Assembly (NCBI GenBank): GCA_046317915.1
Contig: JBKCVJ010000046.1
Coordinates: forward strand, 23,352-87,351
Source of the DNA: Sphingobacteriales bacterium
GTDB taxonomy: Bacteria; Bacteroidota; Bacteroidia; Chitinophagales; Chitinophagaceae
Length of the DNA stretch: 64,000 nucleotides
Direction: 5' to 3'
Shown: piece after piece, positions 8,752 through 17,075 of the stretch
How positions within the stretch are numbered: position 1 is the stretch's first letter
Layout of the letters: each line of letters opens with the position of its first letter
Notes under the pieces: model-generated
What the model was told of the DNA's origin: nothing
Databases searched by the model: none
Seen by the model: the letters and a program-made list of their open reading frames with translations, nothing else
Position numbers and translations under genes: made by a program

Positions 8752-9789
8752 ATGCAAACGAGAAGATATGATATCGATGCCGTGCGCGTCATGGCCATCG
8801 GCTTGTTACTGATCTACCATACAGCGATCTGTTTTCAACCCTGGGGTGCCATGATCGGATTTTTAGTGGCACCCCGCGGATGGCCGGAGATCTGGCCCGC
8901 GATGACTATGCTGAATGTATGGCGGATCCCTTTATTGTTTTTTGTTTCCGGCATGGGTTTACAAATGGCGATGCCTCGCCGCACACTTAAGCAGATATGG
9001 CTCGATAGGTGTAAACGCATCGGCATCCCACTCTTGTTTGGTAGTTTGGTGGTGGTGCCCTTGCAGACGGTGATCATTTTATATCATTACCAGCAACCGC
9101 TTGCGTACATGCCTGGCATGGCCCATCTTTGGTTTCTGGGGAATATTCTCGTGTATGCGTTGGTGTTAGCTCCATTATCTCATCTACTGCCAGAAGCGGT
9201 CAGGGTATTCTTTCAGAAGTTAAGCTCCGGGGCGATTGGCGGTATGGTATTACTTGTATTGATAATGTTGGCACTGTTGGCAGAAGCTATTGTCGTGGAT
9301 GCCCGCCCTTTTGAATTGTATGCATTTACCCTGCACGGTTGGGTATTGGGTTTTATCGCATTTACGGGCGGTTACCTCATGATGGCTGCTGATGAAAAGC
9401 TGTGGCAGATACTGAGGAAAAGTAAATGGCTGCTGTTGGCACTTGCATTTTGTTTGTTTATAAAGCGGATATACCCATCACTCATTATTGCAGATTCGCT
9501 GATGCTTTCCCTTGAATCTACCCTATGGATATTTGGACTCTTTGGGCTGGCCAATACCTATTTGAACAAGCCTTCTTTATTTCTTACCAAATGGAAAGAA
9601 GCAGCCTATCCCGTGTATATACTGCACATGTTTTTCCTGCATCTCGGATCCTTACTCTTGTTCCCACTGCAGTTGCCTGCACCTTTAAGTTTTGGAATTC
9701 TTTTGCTTTTTGTTCTGATCGGTAGTCTTCTGGTCTATCGGTATGGTACACGTAGATACAAATGGACAAGTTGGATGTTTGGAATATAG
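8752..9789 (+). CDS. Acyltransferase family 3 (OpgC/MdoC-like) membrane protein
   Basis: RRYDIDAVR, IYHTA, WRIPLLFFVSG, HLWFL, YPVYILH. Confidence 0.85.
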   Translation: MQTRRYDIDAVRVMAIGLLLIYHTAICFQPWGAMIGFLVAPRGWPEIWPAMTMLNVWRIPLLFFVSGMGLQMAMPRRTLKQIWLDRCKRIGIPLLFGSLVVVPLQTVIILYHYQQPLAYMPGMAHLWFLGNILVYALVLAPLSHLLPEAVRVFFQKLSSGAIGGMVLLVLIMLALLAEAIVVDARPFELYAFTLHGWVLGFIAFTGGYLMMAADEKLWQILRKSKWLLLALAFCLFIKRIYPSLIIADSLMLSLESTLWIFGLFGLANTYLNKPSLFLTKWKEAAYPVYILHMFFLHLGSLLLFPLQLPAPLSFGILLLFVLIGSLLVYRYGTRRYKWTSWMFGI

Positions 9790-9796
9790 CGATGCA

Positions 9797-9836
9797 CATT
9801 GCCGCATTACCGCACTGCCACATTGCCAAATTGACT
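9797..9836. repeat. Octamer tandem array (MATTRYCN)x5
   Basis: cattgccg cattaccg cactgcca cattgcca aattgact. Confidence 0.85.
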
Positions 9837-9839
9837 GAG

Positions 9840-9911
9840 TGGTCCCGTCAGGAATCGAACCTGAATCCAGGGCTTCGGAGACCCTTATACTATCCATTGT
9901 ACTACGGGACC
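9840..9911 (-). tRNA. tRNA-Arg(CCG), CCA not encoded
   Basis: Reverse complement GGTCCCGTAGTACAATGGATAGTATAAGGGTCTCCGAAGCCCTGGATTCAGGTTCGATTCCTGACGGGACCA folds as a cloverleaf with TTCGATT T-loop and CTCCGAA anticodon loop. Confidence 0.95.
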
Positions 9912-9936
9912 GGATTATTTGCGGAAGGCAAATAAT

Positions 9937-9973
9937 CAATTAGATAATTGGACAATTTGAAAATGTGGCAATG
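9937..9973. repeat. Octamer tandem array, inverted relative to 9797-9836
   Basis: caattaga taattgga caatttga aaatgtgg caatg; abuts the MarC stop codon. Confidence 0.75.
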
Positions 9974-10552
9974 CTATTTGATCAGACCACTCAAATTTGT
10001 TGTAAAGATCTTGACGGCAATGGCCAGCAAAACTACGCCAAAAAATTTACGTACAGCCAACAAACCTCCTGTTCCTAATAAACGTGCGATGTAATTCAGG
10101 GAATGGAGCACCAGGTACACAAAAATCAGGTTGATCAGGATGGCCACCAGCACGATGGTTTCATTATAGTTGGCACGTAATGAGATCACGGTGGTCAGCG
10201 TTCCGGACCCTGCAATCAATGGGAAGGCAATCGGTACCACCGTGCCAGACGAAGGGTTGGCATCGGGCTTGAAAAACTCGATCCCCAATACCATTTCCAA
10301 GCCGAGAATAAAGATCACTATAGAGCCACCCACAGCAAAGGACCTTACGTCAAGCCCCATGATCCTCAGGAACGTCTCACCGATGAATAGGAAAACGATC
10401 ATCAGGGCCCCGGAGATCAGGGTAGCCCGAAGCTCCCGGATCCCGCCCATTTTCTGCTTTAGGCTGATGAGCAGGGGGATGGAACCAATGATGTCTATCA
10501 CCGCAAACAGGGTGAAAGTGACGGTGATGAGCTCGTCTAGCGTGAAGTTCAT
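9974..10552 (-). CDS. MarC-family integral membrane protein
   Basis: LFAVIDIIGSIP, VPIAFPLIAGSG, RKFFGVVLLAIAV; start moved to MNFTLDEL (10552), just downstream of a -7 box. Confidence 0.88.
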   Translation of the reverse strand: MNFTLDELITVTFTLFAVIDIIGSIPLLISLKQKMGGIRELRATLISGALMIVFLFIGETFLRIMGLDVRSFAVGGSIVIFILGLEMVLGIEFFKPDANPSSGTVVPIAFPLIAGSGTLTTVISLRANYNETIVLVAILINLIFVYLVLHSLNYIARLLGTGGLLAVRKFFGVVLLAIAVKIFTTNLSGLIK

Positions 10553-10556
10553 CCTG

Positions 10557-10564
10557 CAAAGATA
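10557..10564 (-). promoter_or_regulatory. Bacteroidota -7 box (TATCTTTG) for the marC-family gene
   Basis: Exact consensus 4 nt upstream of the ATG at 10552. Confidence 0.65.
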
Positions 10565-10565
10565 A

Positions 10566-10629
10566 GGTGGAAGTTGGTAGGTGGAAGGTGGAGGTACTTT
10601 CTTCCACCTTCCAACTTCCAACTTCCGCC
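10566..10629. repeat. Inverted pair of (GGTGGAA)x4 heptamer arrays forming a ~28-bp hairpin
   Basis: ggtggaa gttggta ggtggaa ggtggag - gtactttc - ttccacc ttccaac ttccaac ttccgcc. Confidence 0.85.
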
Positions 10630-10630
10630 T

Positions 10631-12586
10631 TTATAGTGTCAGGTTCGCCCCTACCAGAAAATTAAACGGTCTGGTCGTAAACCCCATCACGTCCGTATAC
10701 TTTGCATTGAAGATATTCCTGAGGTCCGCGAAGGCCCTGACCTTTTGTGAAAATCGATATTCGCCGTAAACGTCAAACACAGTATATGCATCTACCTCAA
10801 TCGGGGCTTGCATAAACCTCGGTTCAAAGCGCTTGCCGGCATAGCGGCCATGAATACTCGTAAATAATTTTTCAGTAACCTGGTAGCCAGCAGTCAGGTT
10901 CAGGCTGTGTGCCGGCCTTCGGAACTGGTAATTGTAGCTTGTGTCTCCGCTTTTAATGTAACTGAAACTCGGAGCGTCATAGCTATATTTTACCGTATTC
11001 ACTTCGCCCGTTACATAGGTGTAATTCAAAACAAGGTTCCATTTATCCTTTCGATACTGGCTCTCCAACTCAATACCTTTATCACGTGCACTGTTGTTGT
11101 TGAAATACCGAAAATCAATCAGGCTATAATCGATCCCATCCCTCAGTTTGCGCGTAAAACCTACCAGCCTGGTCACCAAAGCTTTTTCCATTGCCGCAAA
11201 TTGTACGCCTGCCTCCAGGGAATTGGATTTCTCAGGCTTCAATGTGGCCAGACCACTATTGGGATCATAGAGCTGGTAAAGGGTAGGAGCCTTGAATGCA
11301 GACGATAGGTTGGCGAATATTTTCCAATTACCCCTTACATAGGAAGGGTTAAGGGAGTAGGTGAAATTGTTTCCGTACATCGAGTGGTTGTTCCATCGTC
11401 CACCCAATTCCAGAAAAAAGCCATTGCCGGAATTTAATAACGCTGACGCATAGGCGCTGTAATGGTTGATCTTAGCGGAATCCTTCCCAATCTCGGTTTC
11501 ATAGGGTCCAAAACTGCTGATGGATAAAGAATACTGATCCGTTTGTTGCCTGCGAAGATCTGTGCCCGCGAGGAAACTGACCCGCTCATTCAGCTTGATA
11601 TTCGCATACACCTCTGCAAAATGACTGAAGCCCTTGAACCTGGATTCACCATATTGTGCAAATCCGCTCACATCCGTTGAGTCATCCAGATAGTCTCTGT
11701 CGGTATAATTCAAGTTATAGTTCCCGTGTATAACGGTCTTGCCTAACCGATATTCAAGGCCCAATCCTGCGGTATAATTTTTATTGTTCACTGTATGGTC
11801 CTTATCGTCATTATACGCATTGGCATCAAGGTCTGCTTTGTACAGATTTGCCTGGCCCATCAGCTTCCACAGAAAGCGGTCGTTGAATTTGCCATTCAGT
11901 GTTCCCAGCACATTGTGCTGCTGTAAGCCGTCTTTGTCGAAATCTCCCTTTCCTGTACTATCAAAAGCGGCTGAAAGGCCCGTGGTGCGCAGATACTGGT
12001 ACTGCAGACCATAACCAAGGTTCTCCTTGCTTCCCCTTATCCCTACCCCTGCTTTCGCGGTTCCAAAGGACCCCGCTGCGACGTTGGCATTTAAAGAAAC
12101 TGGTTTGCCAGCAGGTTTGCGCGTGATGATGTTGATCACGCCGGCTATAGCGTCAGAACCATAAATGGTGGATTGTCCGCCCTTCAGTACTTCCACCCTT
12201 TCTACCATATCTGCCGTGATGAAGTTCAGGTCAAAGGCCGAAGAGATGGAAGAAACATCGTACACCGGTGTGCCATTGATCAGGATCAGCGTATTGCCGA
12301 GACCCGCACCGCGGGTATACACATCGAGGTTAGTACCCGGGTTGTTGTTGGCGCCGATCACGGTGAAACCCGCATACTGATTGAGAATCTCGCCCATGTT
12401 GCGGCCACTGTTTTTCTCCAGCACCTGCCTGCTGATCACAGTAAGTACCTTGCCGGTCTGGTTTTGTTTTTGTTCTATTCTGTTGGCAGTTACCACTACT
12501 TCGTCCAGGATACTGCTGTCTTTAGATTGTGCTGTCGCCCTTATGCTGCAGATAATCATCGCAGTGATGATGAAATTTTTTTTCAT
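10631..12586 (-). CDS. btuB: TonB-dependent receptor, vitamin B12 transporter (BtuB-like)
   Basis: TonB box LDEVVVTA, plug VERVEVLKGGQSTIYGSDAIAGVINI, C-terminal barrel; directly downstream of a cobalamin riboswitch; start moved to MKKNFII (12586). Confidence 0.85.
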   Translation of the reverse strand: MKKNFIITAMIICSIRATAQSKDSSILDEVVVTANRIEQKQNQTGKVLTVISRQVLEKNSGRNMGEILNQYAGFTVIGANNNPGTNLDVYTRGAGLGNTLILINGTPVYDVSSISSAFDLNFITADMVERVEVLKGGQSTIYGSDAIAGVINIITRKPAGKPVSLNANVAAGSFGTAKAGVGIRGSKENLGYGLQYQYLRTTGLSAAFDSTGKGDFDKDGLQQHNVLGTLNGKFNDRFLWKLMGQANLYKADLDANAYNDDKDHTVNNKNYTAGLGLEYRLGKTVIHGNYNLNYTDRDYLDDSTDVSGFAQYGESRFKGFSHFAEVYANIKLNERVSFLAGTDLRRQQTDQYSLSISSFGPYETEIGKDSAKINHYSAYASALLNSGNGFFLELGGRWNNHSMYGNNFTYSLNPSYVRGNWKIFANLSSAFKAPTLYQLYDPNSGLATLKPEKSNSLEAGVQFAAMEKALVTRLVGFTRKLRDGIDYSLIDFRYFNNNSARDKGIELESQYRKDKWNLVLNYTYVTGEVNTVKYSYDAPSFSYIKSGDTSYNYQFRRPAHSLNLTAGYQVTEKLFTSIHGRYAGKRFEPRFMQAPIEVDAYTVFDVYGEYRFSQKVRAFADLRNIFNAKYTDVMGFTTRPFNFLVGANLTL

Positions 12587-12697
12587 ATCAATAAATAGGG
12601 GACTTGGGAGCAGAGAAAGAAAACCAGGGTTCTTCCGCGGAAAAGAATAGGTTGACCAACTCCGGCTTTTCACCCGAAAGCCCAGGTTAATAAATCA

Positions 12698-12872
12698 CGA
12701 AGGCAGGTCTTCTGGCTTGTTTCTCTGCACCTTCCCGGCCCCAAGGAACCAGTGGTTTTTTTACAAAGGCGCTTGAATTCATAGCGCCTGAAACTTACAG
12801 CTACGGGGATAGCGCCGGACTTTCACCGGCTTCCCTTTTCATCCTCCGTTGTTGGCGGAGGAACCATTCGCA
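12698..12872 (-). promoter_or_regulatory. Cobalamin (AdoCbl) riboswitch
   Basis: Reverse strand has AAAAGGGAAGCCGGTGAAAGTCCGGCGCTATCCCCGTAGCTGTAA...CCACTG...GGGAAGG...AAGCCAGAAGACCTGCC, matching the B12-element core and B12 box. Confidence 0.93.
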
Positions 12873-12970
12873 GGGCAAAGTTGTGTGGAATGCATCAGAT
12901 CGCAAAATCCGATTCTATTCAACGTGAATAAAAAGTTGATACTAAAAATTCAATTATCTTAAGGGCGCTT

Positions 12971-14320
12971 ATGAAAGAAGAAAAATCTGGCAGTTCCCTG
13001 TTGAGTTTATTTGACCTGACGATGATCGTCATCGGCCTTGTTATTGGTCTGGGTATTTTCCGCACCGCGGCAGATTCTGCCAAGGCAGCCATTACCCCGG
13101 AAGTGTTTTTTTTAGCCTGGTTATTTGGCGGTGTAGTGGCCCTTTGCGGCGCATTGACCTATGCTGAAATTGGCTCGAGGTATCCCGTAACCGGTGGCTA
13201 TTACAAAATATTTGCCACGGCCTATCACCCTTCTGTTGCCTTCGGTATCAACTGTATCATCCTCATCTCTAACGCGGCTTCCCTTGCGGCGGTGGCACTG
13301 ATCGGCAGTGAGTACCTCGCGGAGATCGTCTTTGATGAAACGCCTTCCGATCTCGTGAAGAGTTTTATGGCGATGGGTGCCATCTTATTATTTTATGTAA
13401 TCAATTTACTCGGTTTAAAAGTCAGCGCTAAAACCCAGAATTTTCTGATGATGGTAAAGATCGGCATGCTGCTATTGCTGATTGTTGCATTGTTTTTTCC
13501 GCAGAAACATGCAGCCGTTAAAGAGGTGGTGCAAACAGGAAGTTTTGGAACGATGGATTACATCAAATCTTTCGGCCTTGCCTTAATCGCTGTCTGCTTT
13601 ACTTACGGTGGATACCAGCAGACCATTAATTTTGGTGATGAGATCCGCAACCCGCGGAAGAACTTACCCAAGGGGATTTTCATCGGTATCATGGTGATCA
13701 TCGCTTTATATCTTACGGTAAGTTACTCCTATTATAAGGTCATTGGTTTTGAAGATCTGAAAACATCAAAAGGCATAGCGGCTATTGTTGCGGAGCGCGT
13801 ATTTGGGTCAACCGGAAAATATGTTTTTTCGATTCTATTGTTCGTTGCCGTACTGGCCTATGTGAATGTTATCCTGCTTAGCAATCCCCGCGTGATGTAT
13901 GCCATGAGTGAAGACGGGATCCTTCCGGCCGCCTTCATGAAAAGGGATGGGAAGAAAGGTGTGCTCACGGTGAGCCTTACGGTATATGCGTTGTTAAGCA
14001 TGGGCATTTTGTTTTTTCTGGATACGTTTGACAAGATCCTGAGTTTCACCATTTTTCTCGATTGCATCGGCATGGCATTTTCAGCTGCCACGCTTTTTAT
14101 CCTTAGAAAACGAATGAAAGGTCAGGATGATAGCGGGATCTATAAATTGAAACTGTATCCCTGGATGCCGATCCTGTTCATCGCCACCTATGTATTTGTT
14201 GCATTAAGTATCGCCTATGATACGCCAATGACTGCATTGGCGGGCATTCTGGTATTGGGTGCATTCATCGGCCTGTACTTCCTGACCGTGGGTAACCGAA
14301 AAAATAAATCCGAAGCATAA
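12971..14320 (+). CDS. APC-superfamily amino acid permease
   Basis: IGLGIF, YAEIGSRYPVTGGYY, FTYGGYQ, EIRNPRKNLP, NPRVMYAMSEDG; ~12 TM segments. Confidence 0.9.
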   Translation: MKEEKSGSSLLSLFDLTMIVIGLVIGLGIFRTAADSAKAAITPEVFFLAWLFGGVVALCGALTYAEIGSRYPVTGGYYKIFATAYHPSVAFGINCIILISNAASLAAVALIGSEYLAEIVFDETPSDLVKSFMAMGAILLFYVINLLGLKVSAKTQNFLMMVKIGMLLLLIVALFFPQKHAAVKEVVQTGSFGTMDYIKSFGLALIAVCFTYGGYQQTINFGDEIRNPRKNLPKGIFIGIMVIIALYLTVSYSYYKVIGFEDLKTSKGIAAIVAERVFGSTGKYVFSILLFVAVLAYVNVILLSNPRVMYAMSEDGILPAAFMKRDGKKGVLTVSLTVYALLSMGILFFLDTFDKILSFTIFLDCIGMAFSAATLFILRKRMKGQDDSGIYKLKLYPWMPILFIATYVFVALSIAYDTPMTALAGILVLGAFIGLYFLTVGNRKNKSEA

Positions 14321-15480
14321 TGGACATTTCCTATATCCTCAATGAACTGGGGGAGGATCGTGAAAATTATTTCAATGCCATCGCTCCGCCGATCATCCAG
14401 ACCAGCAACTTCGCCTTCGATACTGTTGACGAACTGCGCAAGGCATTTGAAGACGAGATGGGCGGCTATCTCTACAGCAGAGGACTGAACCCAACGGTGG
14501 AGATCCTGCGTTTAAAACTCGCGGCACTGGACGGCGCGGAAGATTGCCTGGTCTTTAACAATGGTGCTGCGGCTACCTATGCTGCCGTGATGGCCAATGT
14601 GAAATCAGGAGATCATATTGTATCTGTAGAGCATCCTTACAGCTGGACGAAACACCTCTTTGATAAGATACTGCCCAGGTTTGGCATCACTACTTCGTAT
14701 GTGGATGGCCGTTATATCGAAAATTTTGAAAGAGCCATCTTACCCAACACCACCCTGATCTATCTGGAGAGTCCTACTTCATGGTATTTTGAATTGCAGG
14801 ACTTGAAAGCAGTTGCAGATCTTGCAAGGTCAGAGGGCATTGTGACCTTGATCGACAATAGTTATTGTACGCCGCTTTATCAGCGGCCGATTGAATTGGG
14901 GATCGATATTGCCATGCAGACGGCCACCAAATATATTGGCGGGCACAGTGATACCCTCGGTGGTGTGTTATGCGGCTCGGCCGAGATGATGCGTAAAATC
15001 TTTCTGAGTGAATACCTATGCATTGGCAGCGGCATCCAGCCCTTCAACGCCTGGTTGTTATTGCGCGGGCTTCGCACCTTGCCTGCCAGGCTGGAAAGGA
15101 TCAACAGAAGTACGCAGAAGTTTTTTGCCTACCTGAAAGATCATCCTTTGGTGGAGGAACTGATCTATCCCTTTGACCCTTCCTTTTCCCAATACGCCCT
15201 TGCCAGGCAGCAAATGACCGAAGCACCAGGGTTGATCTCGTTCTATGTGAACATGGAAACCGCCGATCAAATTGAGACCTTCTGCAACAGCCTGAAAGTC
15301 TTCAAAATGGCTGTAAGCTGGGGCGGACATGAAAGCCTGATCATCCCAAAATTGTCTTCCATGCCCCGGGATTTATTTGACCCCACCGTGAAGGACCACC
15401 GGATGATCCGCATCTATGTGGGTCTGGAAGAGCCGGATTACCTTATTAAAGGCCTTCAGCAAGCCTTTAATAGCTATTAG
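14320..15480 (+). CDS. PLP-dependent trans-sulfuration enzyme (cystathionine gamma-synthase/beta-lyase/methionine gamma-lyase family)
   Basis: PIIQTSNF, YSRGLNPT, YLESPT, IDNSY, TATKYIGGHSD (PLP Lys), SWGGHESL. Confidence 0.9.
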   Translation: MDISYILNELGEDRENYFNAIAPPIIQTSNFAFDTVDELRKAFEDEMGGYLYSRGLNPTVEILRLKLAALDGAEDCLVFNNGAAATYAAVMANVKSGDHIVSVEHPYSWTKHLFDKILPRFGITTSYVDGRYIENFERAILPNTTLIYLESPTSWYFELQDLKAVADLARSEGIVTLIDNSYCTPLYQRPIELGIDIAMQTATKYIGGHSDTLGGVLCGSAEMMRKIFLSEYLCIGSGIQPFNAWLLLRGLRTLPARLERINRSTQKFFAYLKDHPLVEELIYPFDPSFSQYALARQQMTEAPGLISFYVNMETADQIETFCNSLKVFKMAVSWGGHESLIIPKLSSMPRDLFDPTVKDHRMIRIYVGLEEPDYLIKGLQQAFNSY

Positions 15481-15498
15481 CTACTAGCTAATAGCTAT
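15471..15498. repeat. (TAGCTAN)x4 heptamer array containing the stop codon of the upstream gene
   Basis: tagctat tagctac tagctaa tagctat. Confidence 0.85.
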
Positions 15499-15601
15499 TT
15501 AGGCGGCAAGAATCCGTTATCAATGATTTTGCCGTTGTCAATTTTGGTTGAATCTTTGCGGATATCTGGGTAACGGTGGTTGCACAGGATAAATGATTTA
15601 C

Positions 15602-17053
15602 ATGCGTAAGACCCTTTTTAGTTTGATTCTATTGGCTTTTGCAGGCGGAGCGGCGGCTCAGGATGTCCAGAAATGGGACCTTCGGCGCTGTGTGGAATAT
15701 GCCATGGCCAACAATGTGTCCGTGAAACAGGCAGATATCCAGGCCAGATCCTCTGAGATCATCGCAAAACAGGCCAAGTACCAGCAATATGGCCAGTTGA
15801 ACTACAACCTTAACCATGGTTTCTCCTACGGTAGGTCGCTCAACCAGGCCACCAACGTACTTCAGGATGCCAACCTGATGTATGAAAACATGGGATTACA
15901 AGGCCAGGTCACCCTTTTTAACTGGGGATCATTGCGGAACAATACCGCCTCCACTAAATATGCCAATGAAGCTGATAAAGCTGCGGTTGATAAAGCGCGT
16001 AACGATATCGGACTTAACGTTGCCAACCAGTATCTCCGTGCATTATTGAGTCTGGAACAGTCGAAAGTGAACGAAACCCAGTTGAATCAAACCAGGGCCC
16101 AGTATCAAAACACCCGGAAGCAAGTTGACGCGGGAAGTCTCCCAGAGTTGAACGCCGCTGAACTGGAAGCTCAGGTAGCCAGGGACAGTGCAACACTGAT
16201 TGCATCTCAGGTACAGTACCAGGTTGACCTGCTGACGCTGAAGGGGCTGCTGAATCTGCCTGCCGACGCACCTTTTGACATTGAAGCACCACCGGTAGAG
16301 AAAATTCCTATCGATAATATCCTTGAGCAGAATCCAGCTAATGTTTATAGCATGGCAATGAATACCCAGCCGCAGATCAAGGGCAATAATTACAGGTTGA
16401 TGGCTGCTGAAAAGGGTTATGAATCTGCGAGGGGAAGACTTTATCCTACGTTCACAGCATTTGGAAACCTGCAAACCAGGTTCAACCAGAACTTTTCCAC
16501 GTTCAACCAAACTGGAGTCCAGGAAGTCACCACTGGTACCTATATCAAAAGCGGAACGGGAAATGTGCCTGTGTATGCGCAAACGCCCATCATCACCAGA
16601 GGTGCACTTGGGCTTGGCAATGCTTTCAACGGTTATTGGAACCAATTGAACAACAACTTTGGCCAGAGTATTGGCATCGCCCTGAACGTACCCATTTTCA
16701 ATGGATGGCAGGCCAGGGCCAATGTTGCACAATCTAAGCTGGACATTGAGCGCGCGAAGCTTACCATTACCAGGGATACGCTGCAGTTGAAGCAGGATAT
16801 TTACAACGCTTATCAGCAAGCCATCGGTGCTTACAATACTTACATTGCCCGTGAAAAGGCGGTGCGTACAGCAGAGCGTTCTTATGAACTTTCTACAAAA
16901 CGCTACGAAGCAGGTGTGCAGCAGACCATCGAATGGTTACAAAACCAAAACAACCTGACCAGGGCCAGGATCGATAAACTCATCGCCCAGTACAACTATG
17001 TATTTGCGATGAAGGTGCTGGAATTCTATAAGGGTCAGGGCCTAAGATTATAA
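15602..17053 (+). CDS. TolC-family outer membrane efflux protein
   Basis: Signal peptide; W.LRRCVEYAMANN; two TolC repeats; C-terminal YNYVFAMKVLEFYKG; start 15602 or 15593. Confidence 0.88.
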   Translation: MRKTLFSLILLAFAGGAAAQDVQKWDLRRCVEYAMANNVSVKQADIQARSSEIIAKQAKYQQYGQLNYNLNHGFSYGRSLNQATNVLQDANLMYENMGLQGQVTLFNWGSLRNNTASTKYANEADKAAVDKARNDIGLNVANQYLRALLSLEQSKVNETQLNQTRAQYQNTRKQVDAGSLPELNAAELEAQVARDSATLIASQVQYQVDLLTLKGLLNLPADAPFDIEAPPVEKIPIDNILEQNPANVYSMAMNTQPQIKGNNYRLMAAEKGYESARGRLYPTFTAFGNLQTRFNQNFSTFNQTGVQEVTTGTYIKSGTGNVPVYAQTPIITRGALGLGNAFNGYWNQLNNNFGQSIGIALNVPIFNGWQARANVAQSKLDIERAKLTITRDTLQLKQDIYNAYQQAIGAYNTYIAREKAVRTAERSYELSTKRYEAGVQQTIEWLQNQNNLTRARIDKLIAQYNYVFAMKVLEFYKGQGLRL

Positions 17054-17075
17054 AAAAGGAAAAATCAGTTATACG

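Noticed and set aside
9840-9911. Prophage or integrative element at tRNA-Arg
   Set aside because: No integrase, phage genes or duplicated tRNA 3' end were found; only a weak 10-bp repeat, reported separately at low interest.
10553-10621. N-terminal extension of MarC (MEVGRWKKVPPPSTYQLPP...) in the ORF track
   Set aside because: It is the translation of the stop-free heptamer hairpin; a -7 box sits immediately before the internal ATG at 10552.
12587-12673. N-terminal extension of BtuB in the ORF track
   Set aside because: It falls in the riboswitch leader; the signal peptide starts at MKKNFII.
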